Positions 40,801 through 54,162 of a stretch of 64,000 nucleotides of DNA are shown one piece after another; position 1 is the stretch's first letter; each line of letters begins with the position of its first letter. The notes below the pieces were generated by a model, which made no database searches, was not told the origin of the DNA, and saw only the letters and a list, made by a program, of their open reading frames with translations. The position numbers and the translations under genes are program-made. The stretch is from Bugula neritina (lineage: Eukaryota > Animalia > Bryozoa): assembly GCA_964035545.1 (NCBI GenBank), contig OZ037771.1, forward strand, positions 12,709,133 through 12,773,132, read 5' to 3'.

Positions 40801-41516
40801 CTATTACTAAAGTTAATCGAAACTATCATTTAGTGACGCATTTAATAATTTAACATTATTTTACTTTAGTAATTAATTTAATCTAGTAATCACGTGATCA
40901 CCCAATATGTTTGTAGAAAGATGATGACATGGCTGGCATCGACCCGACTATGCAGAAATACATGAAGATGATACAGCAGCAGAAAACAGAGACTAAGGTA
41001 CTATCAGTAATCTGGGTAGTTATCACACACACATCTATGTAGACTAGACATGGTGTAGACTAGACATGGTGTAGGCTAGACATGGTGTAGACTAGACATG
41101 GTGTAGGTTAGACATCATGTAGGTTAGACATCATGTAGACTAGATATCAAAGGTCCTTTAGACTCTAATAATCGCTGTAATATTACGCTGTAGGAAGCCA
41201 AAGATAAACCTAAAGAGTTGCCACATACAGACGACTATGATGATAAGTCTATTTCAGAACATATTTCTCTTGTGAAATCTGACAATGGGTAAGTATCCAT
41301 CTGTTACTGGAATTTTGATGTACGAAAACAAAGGAGCCATTTTGGCATTATTATATCATTGTAGAAAATCCCTCTTCTAACACTAAATTATTTATAAATT
41401 TCCATATTTGTAATACTATTAAAGCATCTTCTATTCCCAGAGTATTGCTTCACACAATGCAATATACTGCTTTAATTTTTAGAGATGGAGGGGCAACTGA
41501 CGATGATTTCTGGTAA
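31863..41516 (+). CDS. OFD1: OFD1 centriole/centriolar satellite protein, about 1034 aa
   Basis: Exons 31863-32012, 32156-32350, 32723-32894, 33570-33805, 34399-34589, 34723-34842, 35130-35203, 35411-35586, 36955-37062, 37520-37630, 38465-38624, 38966-39238, 39539-39757, 39991-40079, 40163-40783, 40917-40997, 41194-41288, 41483-41516 are phase compatible. N-terminal LYERLHNKGLLDALKSQLRN, LisH-like SLIYKYL..CDYTVGVFLPE, coiled coils, DPTMQKYMKMIQQ, acidic C-terminus ending DDFW. Confidence 0.88.
32928..33390. repeat. 21-bp minisatellite (ACTCTAACCTCAATATCTGCT), OFD1 intron 3
   Basis: About 22 tandem copies. Confidence 0.95.
33801..34245. repeat. 26-bp minisatellite starting at the OFD1 exon 4 donor
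   Basis: Unit GACAGTTGGGTGTAGAGGTGTGATGT; first copy is GACAG|GTGAGT.... Confidence 0.95.
35775..36545. mobile_element. Non-autonomous DNA transposon, Kolobok-like
   Basis: 16-bp TIR AGGATTGCTC(A/T)ATCTT at both ends, TTAA on both flanks (35771-35774, 36546-36549); AG..CT termini with TTAA TSD fit Kolobok rather than piggyBac. Confidence 0.8.
37753..37970 (+). mobile_element. tRNA-derived SINE copy
   Basis: A box TGGTCTAGGGGTTAG, B-box-like GGTTAAAACCC, body colinear with the 19120-19315 copy; a tail fragment also occurs at about 18315-18335. Confidence 0.85.
40410..40740 (+). repeat. Coding 51-bp (17-aa) tandem repeat in OFD1
   Basis: SLDSQWKTQAPPADPPT, about 6.5 copies, inside exon 40163-40783. 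Confidence 0.92.
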
Positions 41517-41868
41517 ACCTAGATGACCTGGTAAAGGCTTTTAAATGCTGAATTGTAGGACAGATGTTACAGAAAACCTTTCTACTATCATGAAGAACAT
41601 TTATAACTTTGCTATTTATTATTTATTAGTGTCTAGTTTATAGAGTATATGTATAATTATTAATTTATAACATTGAGTGAATAAAACACGGACATACCAA
41701 CAAATACAACATCTAAATTTAGTAACAAATAACAAAATAAGTTCATTGACATAATTTACACTTAACAGCAGACTTATCAATATCTTGCCAGCAAATGACT
41801 AGTTTGTTGGAAGAAATCTCATGGAATTACGGCAGCCATAACGATTCAGATCTCCAATTCAGGGAAGC

Positions 41869-44749
41869 TTATTTCTCCTTCTTGTCTTTCTGCAGACTTC
41901 TACAAATCTGTTTAAGTTGAGGACAAAACAAATCCTCCCGCAAGGTACCTTTTTCATCAAAGAACTTGGTAACTGAGTCTTGAAGCTTAGTTTCTCTGAA
42001 GTTGGATGACCCACTACCATCCTTATACTCTATGGTCAGTTCATAAATGTCGTCATACCTAACAACAGATAGTGATAATAAAAGTAACATAAAATTTACA
42101 GTATAGCTACCGCTGTGTGAGGCTATACTATAGAAACATGTATACATAACCATGTGTATGTACAGCTACCACTGTGTGGGGTTATACTATAGAAATATGT
42201 ATACATAACCATGTGTGTGTACAGCTAGCACTGTGCGGGGTTATACTATAGAAATATGTATACATAACCATGTGTATGTACAGCTAGCACTGTGTGGGGT
42301 TATACTATAGAAATATGTATACATAACCATGTGTATGTACAGCTAGCACTGTGTGGGGTTATACTATAGAAACATGTAAACTTTAGCCAGCAGATTTCAA
42401 CTTCACATCTCCTTGCATTCTGCTGGTATCACACGATCAACACCTGTGATACTAACAATGAAGTTCTTTAACTAAGCTACCACTATATTAATTCACACTA
42501 CCTCCTAAACCTACTGTTTCAAGGATTATACTATAAAATTCTTATGTATTTTGAGATTAATTCAACATTTTATTTGACCACCCAAAACAAAACACATTAA
42601 AATGCACATCATGTATTGCTTAAATAACTATTCCGGTCGTTTAGCTTTAATCAGCCGATATGCTTTCCACCTCTTTTGGTAGTGTTGAGAAAAAACTCCC
42701 TAGATTTGATCTAAAACTTAGCAAAGACAATATTTTGATATGTTTAATTCATATGCCTTACATGCCTGAACCTGTCGCATAAATATATTCAAGAGCCTCT
42801 GTATTATTGCATGCTACATAAAAGAACTACCAACGTAAAAGTTGTTCCTACTTTTTTTGCTGTGAGGTGAATCTCCATACATTAGGCGGGTCTATCCCTG
42901 CTTTATCTTTTTCTAATCCAACAAAAAATATCCCCTTCTCCTACAAGAAAATGAAAAGCCAAGAGATGATATTAGTCAAAGGCGAAATGAGCAACAACTT
43001 TGTTTATCACAGAAGATAAAGCCCATACCTTAAACATAATATATAGGGTAAGAATTCCTGACACAATGAAGTAGGACACTGCACAGACTATGAGCACAGT
43101 GCGAGAGGCCGGGTACGGGTAGAACCAGTCCCATAATACTGCATATCCAGCAAACATAACTCCAATCAACGAGAGAAACAGTCTACCATTCATAAGACTG
43201 TGATCTTCTACACATTTAAAATCGTCTTTCATCACCTGCAAAGCACAATATTATTATTGGTTACCATGGTTACGAGGCAGATTAGAGGCCATTGCCTTCA
43301 AGCATTCTTAGTAGATATGGCATTACTAGTGCACACAGGTGCATCGAACCTTTTTAACTGCATCATCCAGAGCATTCTTTACAGCATTGGCATCCCACTT
43401 GTCAACCTTTGCAGGCTTGTGTTCATCTTTATCACCAGTCTAAAATCACATCAACAACCCTTAGCTGCATTTTAACCATCACCTAGAAAGTTGCATAGCA
43501 CTTACTAACAATCTCTTATCTATTAAAATCTGAGAAGTTGGTGTAATACCAATTTTTCTGCACTTTGACAGCTGGAATGACAGGATAAACAAAGACAGAG
43601 TTATTAAATTGAGTGCTATTAAAATGACATAAGTTTAACCAAACTATGAGGTGTTATTAGTAATAAAATTGTGTGTTCACTATAATTGAAAAAGGGATAA
43701 AAGCAACAATTTAACTACTCATGGGTGGCAATTTTATCTCAAATTAAAAACAATCATATTAGCTGATCTCTGTAAGCTGCAAGTTGATGTTGATATTGTA
43801 GCTCATTCAGCCATTTCAAATAGTGCATGAAAATAACATAATTGTATCATAGCTGATATTAGACTTTAGAGATTTATAGCTGAAAACTTGAGCATTTATT
43901 ATCATGATGATTCCTTTTCATTACTTCGAAGAATCATCATGTATCAGCCATATAAAAAGTAAGTTCAACATTAATACTAATAGTAATAGTAATACTTATA
44001 AAAACTACTAGAGTAATACTTGTAGTTATATTATCAAAAGTAATACTAGTAAAACAATAAGCTAATCTAACAGTAATACTAATAGTCTACTACTAATAGC
44101 CAATAGGTAATGTTATAATGATAGCAAATGTAATACTAATGGTAAACGTAATACTAATGGTGAGTGTAATACTAATAGCTTAGTCTTACACTTATACCAA
44201 TATTAATACTGCGTAATACTAATACTATCACTTATAATAATAGTAATACTAATACTAATACAAATAGCAATGCCAATGGGCAATGGGTAATAGTAATGCC
44301 AATGGTAATACTAATAGTAATAGTAATACTAATACTAATACTAATACTAATAGTAATAGTAATAGCAACACTACATCTAATACTAATAGAGTAATACTAA
44401 ATTTAATAACTAAGTCTAATAACTAATATAAAAAAGTAATAATAACTATAGTTATAAGTAGAAACTTGTGTCACGTTTAGTATAAGTTTAGCTTTAAGTA
44501 TAAGATAAAGTACTCATGTCTCATCAAGATGAAGATAACTTCAACTTCAAGTAAGTTTTAACTTTTAACAATTTAAGTAATACCAACAGTGCATTGAAAA
44601 TTAAAAGAACACGATTGTGCAAAAACTGATAATATAAACTAATACAACCTAAAAAATCTCACAAAAAACTAACCCGGTTTAGATAATATTAAAACGAAAA
44701 ATGACAAAAACTAATAAATTGAATGAAAAAAGTTTACCTGAGTTGCCAT
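41869..44749 (-). CDS. SPCS2: Signal peptidase complex subunit 2, 195 aa
   Basis: Exons 44749-44738, 43439-43350, 43235-43029, 42940-42852, 42058-41869; KVDKWDANAVKNALDDAVK, two TM helices with WDWFYPYPASR, KYDDIYEL, KFFDEKG. Confidence 0.95.
42100..42380. repeat. About 61-bp minisatellite in the last SPCS2 intron
   Basis: About 4.5 copies of TACAGCTAGCACTGTGTGGGGTTATACTATAGAAATATG.... Confidence 0.9.
43260..43273. promoter_or_regulatory. RFX X-box
   Basis: GTAACCATGGTAAC on the minus strand matches GTNRCC-N2-RGYAAC; lies in SPCS2 intron 2, upstream of IFT81. Confidence 0.5.
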
Positions 44750-45777
44750 CTTGTAACGGGAAGTAAACTCTCGACAACGACAAATCAGCAAAGTCGACAA
44801 CTGTGAAATAATATTTTCTTTTATTAATTATTTAAAAATATTATTTATATTAATTGTTTTAAAATATTTTTATTACATTTTTAAACACATAAACGTAGGT
44901 GTTCATCAAATCATTTACAAGCTAGTTTAGGAGTTGAGATTAGATTTTAGAAGTTTGTTTTAGCCGTCTGAATACTTCGGAAAAATGATTTAAAACGATT
45001 ATATACCTTTATGTATGTAGGTCTAAGCATTCCGTTGCTTAGATCAAAGTGATTTAGACCACATTGACTCAGAAAAAGAAGCAAGTTATTTAACTGAACA
45101 CCAAAACTTCACGCTTACTAAATTATTATTTTTACACCAATTATGTAATAGAAAACTTGTAACTTTTCTATTAATTAAACCTAGTTGCCTTTCTAATAGA
45201 TTATAACTCTAACATCTTGAGCCTGATTACTATAAATTTAATAATTATAATTAATATTATCACTATGACTATGATATTGATTATAAATTCACATTGTTAG
45301 TAAGTTAATGTTATACTCATACATCATAATATTACTATTACTATTAGTATACTAATACACGCAGTATACTTAGTATATACTTGAAGTAAATCTTATAGTT
45401 ATAGAGTCACTAATAGTAATAGTAATACTAAAAGTGCTACTAGTACTATTACTAGTGCTACTGTTACTAATAGTAATAACTATTGGACTCGACTTCCATT
45501 TGTTAAAATATTGATTTTCGAGTTGAACCTTTGCTTTCAACTTGTTTAATTATAGACATTCAAATTTTATTGTTACTGATAGTCATAATGCTGATGTTTA
45601 AATTCAAGGTATTAACTGCTTTTTAGAATAAATTGATTTAAAAAATTAAAAACCGTAAACTTTATTACTGGCTATTGCAATTGAGGTTAATTGCTATATT
45701 TACTGATAAAAAATTATCATATGTTCCAACATCACTGTAGTTATTTTAAATTTGATATTAATTGACTGTTACTTTAA

Positions 45778-46225
45778 GGGTGCAAGTCATTTCGTACACA
45801 AGTCGTTTCGTACACATCCTATAGGTCGTTTCGTACACATCAATATAAAAAAAATAAAATACATGTTTATTTATTATTTGATGTATGAGTCTTACAGTAA
45901 TAATAGATTAATTAAAATGATTTATACTCATATACTTATTTATAATCACATAAAAATAAATATTAGCGCATTTATTGATTTAATTTCATCATAATAGATA
46001 TATATTACTGATTATTATAAAACATTGATGAATAGGCGACATGAGATGCAATAAATAAATAAACTAGTATCACTCAAATGGTTATCCAGTGGATTAATTT
46101 ATTATTCAATTTGTGTACGAAATGAACAGCAGTTTGTGTACGGAACAACCATTTTGTATACGAAACGGCTGGTGTACGAAATGACTTGCATACGAAGTGA
46201 CTTGCATACGAAACGGCAGTAACCC
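45778..46225. mobile_element. Non-autonomous DNA transposon with subterminal repeats
   Basis: GGG..CCC ends, inverted subterminal TGCAAGTCATTTCGTACAC / GTGTACGAAATGACTTGCA arrays, candidate 8-bp TSD TACTTTAA/TACTTTTA. Confidence 0.7.
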
Positions 46226-46920
46226 TACTTTTACTATAGACCAATGTAAATATTTGAAATAGCTGAAACTAAAAATTGCCAATTTATTTTTATTGCTTGA
46301 AAAAATGGTATTTATGTATTTGTAACCAGTAATAATGTAACTGTAACTACTTATCAAATTTCTTGAAATGTAAAAATTAAAATTTTTATTCAAAAAGTTG
46401 TGAAATTGATTGAAGATATGCAGGCCAACTTAAGTTTATTCTAGTCAGCGTAAGTTATTATTTCATTTGACTTGACTTAATGTTTATATTTTATAGTTAA
46501 GACACTAGAGTCTAGATCCTCATTTGCCTTGATTTTATTTTATGTTGACGCAACTTTGACTAAAACTATAAAGTTTTACTTTAACTCAGATCTGACAAAA
46601 ACTATGGAAAATATTATAATCAATATTTTGCATGCAAAATATTACTATAAGTATTATAAGATTGATCATAGCCGCTACTGCTTTTTATTGAATCTATTGT
46701 TTCTACTAATGGGCAAACCCTTCAGCCACCAATATTCTGAAATTGCTTTAGTAGTACTGTTGGTTACATGAAGAACTTTAGCTCACATGTTGAAAATGTG
46801 GTTTATTTTCATTTCTTTTAGATACACATAAGGGTTTATTATTATTGGTCAAGTAATTTGAATCATTCTATAAGTCAAGATATATTTGTTTCTAGATTAA
46901 ATTGGAAAGGAAGCATCACC

Positions 46921-49900
46921 ATGAGCGAACAGTTAAAATACATTGTTCAAGAGCTGAATAAAAGTCCTTTTAATAAAAGTTACAACTTGATAAGCTTTGA
47001 CAATCTAGATACTATACCCTTGATACAAGTGCTTAATGACATCTGCTGTGAAATAGAATCAAAAGTAAGTCTACTGGTTTATTTTATATACTATAAAGTT
47101 GATAAGAAAGCACACGCTGTAGTTAAAAGTTTTGCATGTTGGTGAATATCTTCCTTGATAAGAAAGCACAACAAAGTTGTTGTGGAGTTGTCTTCTATAC
47201 AAGGGGATATTTTATTATACACTTATTACCATGTTTTAGCCAATCACTGACATTCGGAATGAAGCAGTAGATCAGACTGCCATTAGACTGTTTACTTTCC
47301 TTCGGGTTTTGAAGTTTCAGCCTCTCAATAATGATCTGTAAGTAAATACTACTTTTATTTCTTATTTATTTGTCATTATTTATGTTTCCTTATATATATG
47401 TGTGTGCGTGCGAGCGTGTGTGTGTATATATATATAAACTATAGGCTAACACAATTTGCTAATGCACCAAGTAATTTTTATTTTAATGCTACTATGAATT
47501 TGCTTTCTAAATTTAATTTTTAAAAGTTTAATGGGTAGAAAAATCTTCTATATTGAAAAAAGATAATGCTAGCTTATTTTGTGTGCACAGTTATGAATCG
47601 AAAGTCATTGAATCTCAAGTAATTCAATATTACCAAGTTTGATTAAATTCATAAACTTTAAAAACATATTGAATCTTATTCGCACCCAAAATATGAGATT
47701 GTTTCTCTTTTAGCGGAGGATTCAAACAAGCCTTAGTGACGGGGGACAAGCCACACATCTACACGGCTATTGAGTGGCTGCTTCAAAGAAGAGCTGACCT
47801 CAAGACTAGAGCATATTTGGCCAGGTTTCTGGTGAAAATTGATATTCCACCAGAGATCCTGCAGGATGACGCCGTACATGATCTCTACACTCAGGTAGTA
47901 CTAACTTTTGTTAGACATTTTTGTTGAAATTAGATTTTGTGTTTGACATAGAAATAGTATTAAAATTTGTCTTGTATTTGAAGCAAGACTTTTGATTTCA
48001 TAAAATTAAATGCCACAACAATTGAAGCAACTTGAAATAATAACAATTCACTTATTTCTCATTATTTATTACATTGAGAGAAAAGTCAGTCATCTTGAAA
48101 GTATTGACATTCTGTCTAAGATGGCTACTCGGTGTCAGTGTGTAATGTCGGTGCCGGCATGTGATGTCAGTGTCAGCATGTTATGTCAGTGTGTCATGTC
48201 AGTGTCAGTATGTTATGTCAGTGTCAGTATGTCATGTCAGTGTCAGTATATGGTGTCAGTATATCATGTCAGTGTCAGTATGTGATGTCAGTGTCAGCAT
48301 GTCATGTCAGTGTGTCATGTCAGTGTCAGCAGGTGATGTCAGCAGGTGATGTCAGTGTCAGTGTGTCATGTCAGTATGTCATGTCAGTGTCAGTATGTTA
48401 TGTCAGTGTCAGCATGTCATGTCAGTATGTTATGTCAGTGTCAGTATGTTATGTCAGTGTCAGTATGTCATTTCAGTGTCAGTGTGTCATGCCAGTATGT
48501 TATGTCAGTGTCAGTGTGTCATGTCAGTGTCAGTATGTGGTGTCAGTGTCAGCAGGTGATGTCAGTGTCAGCAGGTGATTGAACTTCCAGCCATGTCTAG
48601 TAAGTATGTGTTTGATTAGGTCAGAAACTTCAAATTTGTATGCAATAAAATGTTTAACTTACATATTTTTTGCAACAACCTAAAAAGCTGAAATATAAAC
48701 TGTAATACTTCTTCTACCAGGGTGTGGCATTGTAAACTCAATTTTACTGCTTCAGTTATGCCTTTCACCACCACCATTTGATAATCCACCCGCTACAGTT
48801 TGTTATCCAAACAATGACTGGTCAATCAGCAGAACTGCTGAATCTTATTGTGAGACTGAGATCTTAGTCACTGGGTGTGTTGTAGTATGAGGCTTGTCTA
48901 GAAGACTTCAAGGAAACCCATAAAGTGAAAGAGCAGGCTAAGAGCAGCGGTTTCAGCACCGTGGAGATCAAGAAGGACATCTCCTCCATGGAGGCCGAGA
49001 AAGAGCAGGTGACTTACGTTCATCTCATCCTCACAACTTCATAATTATACTCAAGTGTATTCCGTATCCATTACTAGATTATATGGTGTGGTTTAGATTG
49101 AGAAAAGGATAGATAAATTGAAACGAAAAGTGGACAGCAACCCAAACAGCTCTGCTATGATTGCTGTGGCAAGAAACTTGAGAACTGAAAAAGACAGAGA
49201 AGCTAAAATATCTCAACAACGTACGGACTTGAAGCATGGAGTAAGTTGACAGACGTTGAGCTTCTGGTGTGATGGTGTCATTCCTGTGTTAATTTGGTGC
49301 TAGCTAATTGCATCAGTTTATCGAGCAGAACAGCTGGGATATTTGTCCAAATATATGATGTTGAATAAGTTTTGTGGGGAACCATTTTAACTCTCTTTTC
49401 ATCGGTTGAAATTAAATTGTTTATTAATTAATTTATTTATTAAATTAGTTCTTTCTACTGTATAGATTGCACAAGGTGAACAAAGAGTTCAAAGGTTACA
49501 GGAAAAGTTGAGAGACATGAGACAAGCAAGTGTAGGGGCAACTCCTGAAGGTAAGACATTACTCTATAGTCTATATTCTGTCTCAGTGTAGGGCAACTCC
49601 TGGGAATGCAATGATTTGTATAATCATTTTTTATGCTGAACATTATTGACAGCTGATTGAGCTATCTAGATGCATATTATGTGACTTCTATATTAACTTA
49701 TACACCAACATAAAGAGTTAAATGTCAAAATTTGACTCTAGTGAATTTTATTTTAAGGCAAAATCTAAAACAAATAATAAAGAAATGTTGTAGCTGTCTC
49801 CCTTTTTATCTGAGAATTGAAATCAAGTCTTTGATAGTATTGTAGTTACTTCGTTGTTTAGGATTATTCCGGAAGCTGGAAGAGGAAGTGAAGATCAACA

Positions 49901-52900
49901 CTTACATGGTGAATGAGAAAATTCCCAAAGAGCTGCAGTCCAGGAAGAAGTATGTGCAGGATCTTCAAAAAGTGGTGTCTGAACCAGCTATGGGCCAGGG
50001 GGATCTGGATGAACTGAATGACCAGGTTACCCATATACACAGTTCATACCCGCTTAAACCTGTTAGCTAGGGATTCATGTTTTGAGTTCCTATTTGCCAT
50101 TATCAACATTACAACTTTGAAATGAGATAATAAACTTTATATACCAATTTTAGATACTAAATACAACCTATTTTAATATATCGAAGGGGTCTCGCTGTGT
50201 TTATATTTTAGATACTAAATACAACCTATTTTAATATTGTGTATGATGAGCCATGAAAGTAGTATAGTATATGTACTACACTACAGTAAACTATGCTATA
50301 CTCCACTATGCTATACTACATTACACTTCACTATACTACATATACTATACTATATACTATACACTATACTCCACTATACTATATACTATACTATACTACA
50401 TTTACTATACTGTATACTATACTATATACTATACTACATACTGTACTACATACTATACTATATACTATACTATACTATATACTATACTATACTATATACT
50501 ATACTATATACTATGCTCTACTATACTATACTATACTATACTATATACTACACTATACTACATACTATACTATATACTATACTACATACTATACTATATA
50601 CTATACTATACTACATACTATACTATATACTATATACTATACTATACTATATACTACATACTATACTATATACTATACTATACTACACTATATACTATAT
50701 ACTATGTACTATATACTATGTACTATATACTATATACTATGTACTATGTACTATATACTATATACTATGTACTATATACTGTGTACTATACTATGTACTA
50801 TATACTATACTATATACTATATACTATACTATGTACTATATACTATACTATACTATATACTATACACTATACTATGTACTATATACTATATACTATATAC
50901 TATGTACTATACTATATACTATACACTATACTATGTACTATATACTATATACTATATACTATATACTATACTATGTACTATATACTATGTACTATACTTA
51001 TGTATAAACTCTCAGATATCTGCCCTGAACTCGGAACTCAACCAGCTCTATGAAAAGAAAATGAAGAATTCTGACCCATTAGATGACAAGCTGACAGTCT
51101 TTAGGCAGCAGGTATGTTGTTATTGGCAGCATATATTGGTAGCACACTAAACAGTATATACTCAATATCATATACAACAGTGTAATATATACTGCATATC
51201 ATATACACCTGTGTAATATATACTACATATCATATACACCAGTGTAATATATACTACATATCATATACACCAGTATAATATATACTACATATCATATACA
51301 CCAGTGTAATATATACTACATATCATATAAACCAGTATAATATATACTACATATCATATACACCAGTATAATATATACTACATATCATATACACCAGTGT
51401 AATATATACTACATATCATATACACCAGTGTAATATATACTACATATCATACACACCAGTGTAATATATACTACATATCATATACACCAGAGTAATATAT
51501 ACTACATATCATATACACCAGTGTAATATATACTATATATCATATACACTAGTGTAATATATACTACATATCATATACACCAGAGTAATATGTACTACAT
51601 ATCATATACACCAGTGTAATATATACTACATATCATATACACCAGAGTAATATATACTACATATCATATACACCAGTGTAATATATACTACATATCGTAT
51701 ACAGGCCCAGATAGTAACCAGGAAGAAAGAAGCTGCCGCTGAGGCCCTGAATGATGCCAGACAGGAGTTGCATTCCCTGAAAGCGGAACTGGCGGAGAAA
51801 CAAACCAAGTTACAAGAGAATGACTCGCAGGGTGTTCTGAAGGCGGACGACGTAAGTCGTTACTCTCCATGTCTGGGCTAACTGGTTTTCTCTCAGATTA
51901 TTTATAATGTAGTTTGTTGTTGGAAAAATTCTGATATTGGCAATGTAAGCTAAAATCTCATTGGCTTCTGCAGTAGTAGTGTAATACTTAAGATGTAAGC
52001 TGCAATCTTATTGGTTTCTACAGAATTAGTGTGTTAGTTATGATGTAAGCTGCAATGTCATTGATTTTCGGCAGTGGTAGTGTGATGTAAACTCAATTTT
52101 AATTGGTTACTGTTATACAAGTGGCCATCGGATTGGCTTGCTTGTGCTTCATATTCAGTGTACGTTATAGTTCAGGGCGTACGTCAACAAACTACGGAGT
52201 AAGTCGACTGTCTATAAAAAGAAGAGACAGGTTCTTCAAGACTTGAAAGCAGAGTCGGGGGTTGTAGATAGAACTCTGGCTATCCTTAAAGGTCGGGACG
52301 CTCATATTAATCGGCACTTGGAAGCACTTGAGGCTAAGAAAGGTGTCTCAGGCTATAGGGATACTCAGGAAGAACTGGAGAAGGTAATTTCACTTTAGCC
52401 GTAATTGTTTGACTTTTTTTTAACAATGGCAACAACAGTTTAGTCTACAGAATTATGATCAACAGGTTTATCTGTTATAGATGTTTTGAAGCTTTTATTC
52501 AGAAAGCAGAGTTGTATTAAATATTAAAAGAGCTTCTATTTTAGATAATCCAGAGTTTTGACGTTAAAATTTTTTTCTTTCACTTTTGTTCATGCCTACT
52601 TATATTATAGCCAGTATTTACACAGAATTTCACATGTTGTCATGTCTGTGATATGCAATAAATAAATAAATAAATCAATCAATCAATCGATCAAATATAT
52701 TGAGGATCAACTAAAGTAATTTGTTAATAATGTATTTTTATGAACTAAGCTCGAAGTGTGTATGATGAATTCTTACAACTGACTGCGGGAAGGTTTATTT
52801 ACTATTTGATTTGCTGCTGAATTAAGGTGTCAACTGTGAAGAGCGAGCTCGATGACATGAAGGGGAAGACGCTAGAAGACATGTCTGAGATGGTTCAGAA

Positions 52901-54162
52901 GTTTAACAAAAAGATTGCTGAAAAGAAAAATGATTTGGCCCCGATAATAAAGGCAAGTAACTTACACAATATTATCTTCCACACTGATTAGTGTCAGTTT
53001 CTACTGCTTTGCTTGTTTAATATGATATATATGTATTATATATCTATATTATATTAAATGTATATGTATGTATAATGTATACATTATATGTAGTCTATTG
53101 TAGTATAACATTTTCTATCCAAATAGTTCTCATATTATGTACCTGTTGGCTGATTATTTTGTTGGACCTTCAGGAGTTGCGCCCTCTACGACAGCGTCAT
53201 CAAGAAGTGCTGAGTGACTATGAGGCAGCAAAGTCTAAGTATGATGCTGCTGCTGCCGGATATGAAAGCAACAGATCAAAGCTAGAGTCGGTGGGTAGAC
53301 TCTGTTCATCATATTGATACAGTGCTGTAGTATTTCTCTGCATAAACCGCTGTCTTCAATACCAAGAGATAGAAACTACATATTTCAGTGATTTTATTTG
53401 CAAAAAAGTAGATATTTTATAAGTGAATTTTTCAACAACTTGAACTTTCTAAACAGGAAGTAAAAGGTCACCGAGAAGAAATATCAGCTGGGGAATCTCG
53501 GCTAGCCTATCTCAATGCTATGAAGAAGATTCTGGAAAATCAGAATCAGCGAATCAGTGATGAGATGAAATCTTACATGTCCACAGATCCTCAGGAGCGC
53601 AAGAAGTCATTCCGGTACCGTGCCTGTATATTCAGCTATCTAGCTTAGAGACAAAGTCTAACAAATTGGGTTTTACAACTTCAACAATATACATGTGTAT
53701 TCCTGGTTGCTATTAGGACATGTATGATTTCCCCCTTCATAAGACCCTTCAGAGAGAGTTTTTTCTATAAGAAATAAATTAGCCTGTAGCCCATATTCTT
53801 GCTAGAAAATCTGAAGATTTGCCGTGTATTGAAACCTATATTATTATAGCTATTCTAAGTGTTGCTCTATAAGGATTGGAAGAGTTTCAGCTGAGTGGAG
53901 AGCCATGACCTCTAATGATATACTTTGTAGTGATCAGTACAACAGAAAGATCCAGGAGCAGGAGATGCTGGGGAAAAACTTGCGTGAACGCCAGAAGATG
54001 GTGCGGGAGAGTCACGCCCCCAACATGAAGCAGATGAAAATGTGGCAGGATGTGCTGAAGCTACTGGAGGCAAAGAAAAGAGTTGTTACGTCAGGGGAGA
54101 TGAACTCGCACACGGAGATAAGAGGTCATGTGCATGAAACAGAAGAGAGGCTCGTACTTTGA
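46921..54162 (+). CDS. IFT81: Intraflagellar transport protein 81, 675 aa
   Basis: Exons 46921-47064, 47240-47337, 47714-47894, 48886-49008, 49097-49240, 49466-49550, 49862-50025, 51016-51111, 51705-51851, 52171-52383, 52827-52952, 53174-53290, 53457-53614, 53931-54162; [47 protein letters not shown], terminal EERLVL. Confidence 0.97.
48130..48580. repeat. GTCAGT/ATGTC low-complexity satellite, IFT81 intron 3
   Basis: Degenerate short-unit array. Confidence 0.9.
50270..51000. repeat. (TACTA)n microsatellite abutting the IFT81 acceptor at 51015
   Basis: About 730-bp pentamer-derived array. Confidence 0.95.
51150..51704. repeat. 31-bp minisatellite ending at the IFT81 acceptor at 51704
   Basis: Unit TATCATATACACCAGTGTAATATATACTACA, about 17 copies. 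Confidence 0.95.

Noticed and set aside
43903-43941. 11-bp hairpin CATGATGATTC/GAATCATCATG considered as SECIS or C/D snoRNA
   Set aside because: Intronic, no in-frame UGA gene to serve and no D box.
48161-48582. Cys-rich metallothionein-like ORFs
   Set aside because: Low-complexity GTCAGT satellite open in several frames.
50237-51015. Y/T/I/L-rich ORFs of 256-285 aa
   Set aside because: Translations of a (TACTA)n microsatellite; only 51016-51111 is a real IFT81 exon.
51150-51704. CRISPR-like regular arrays (also 33801 and 56203)
   Set aside because: Head-to-tail repeats with no unique spacers, no cas genes, eukaryotic introns.
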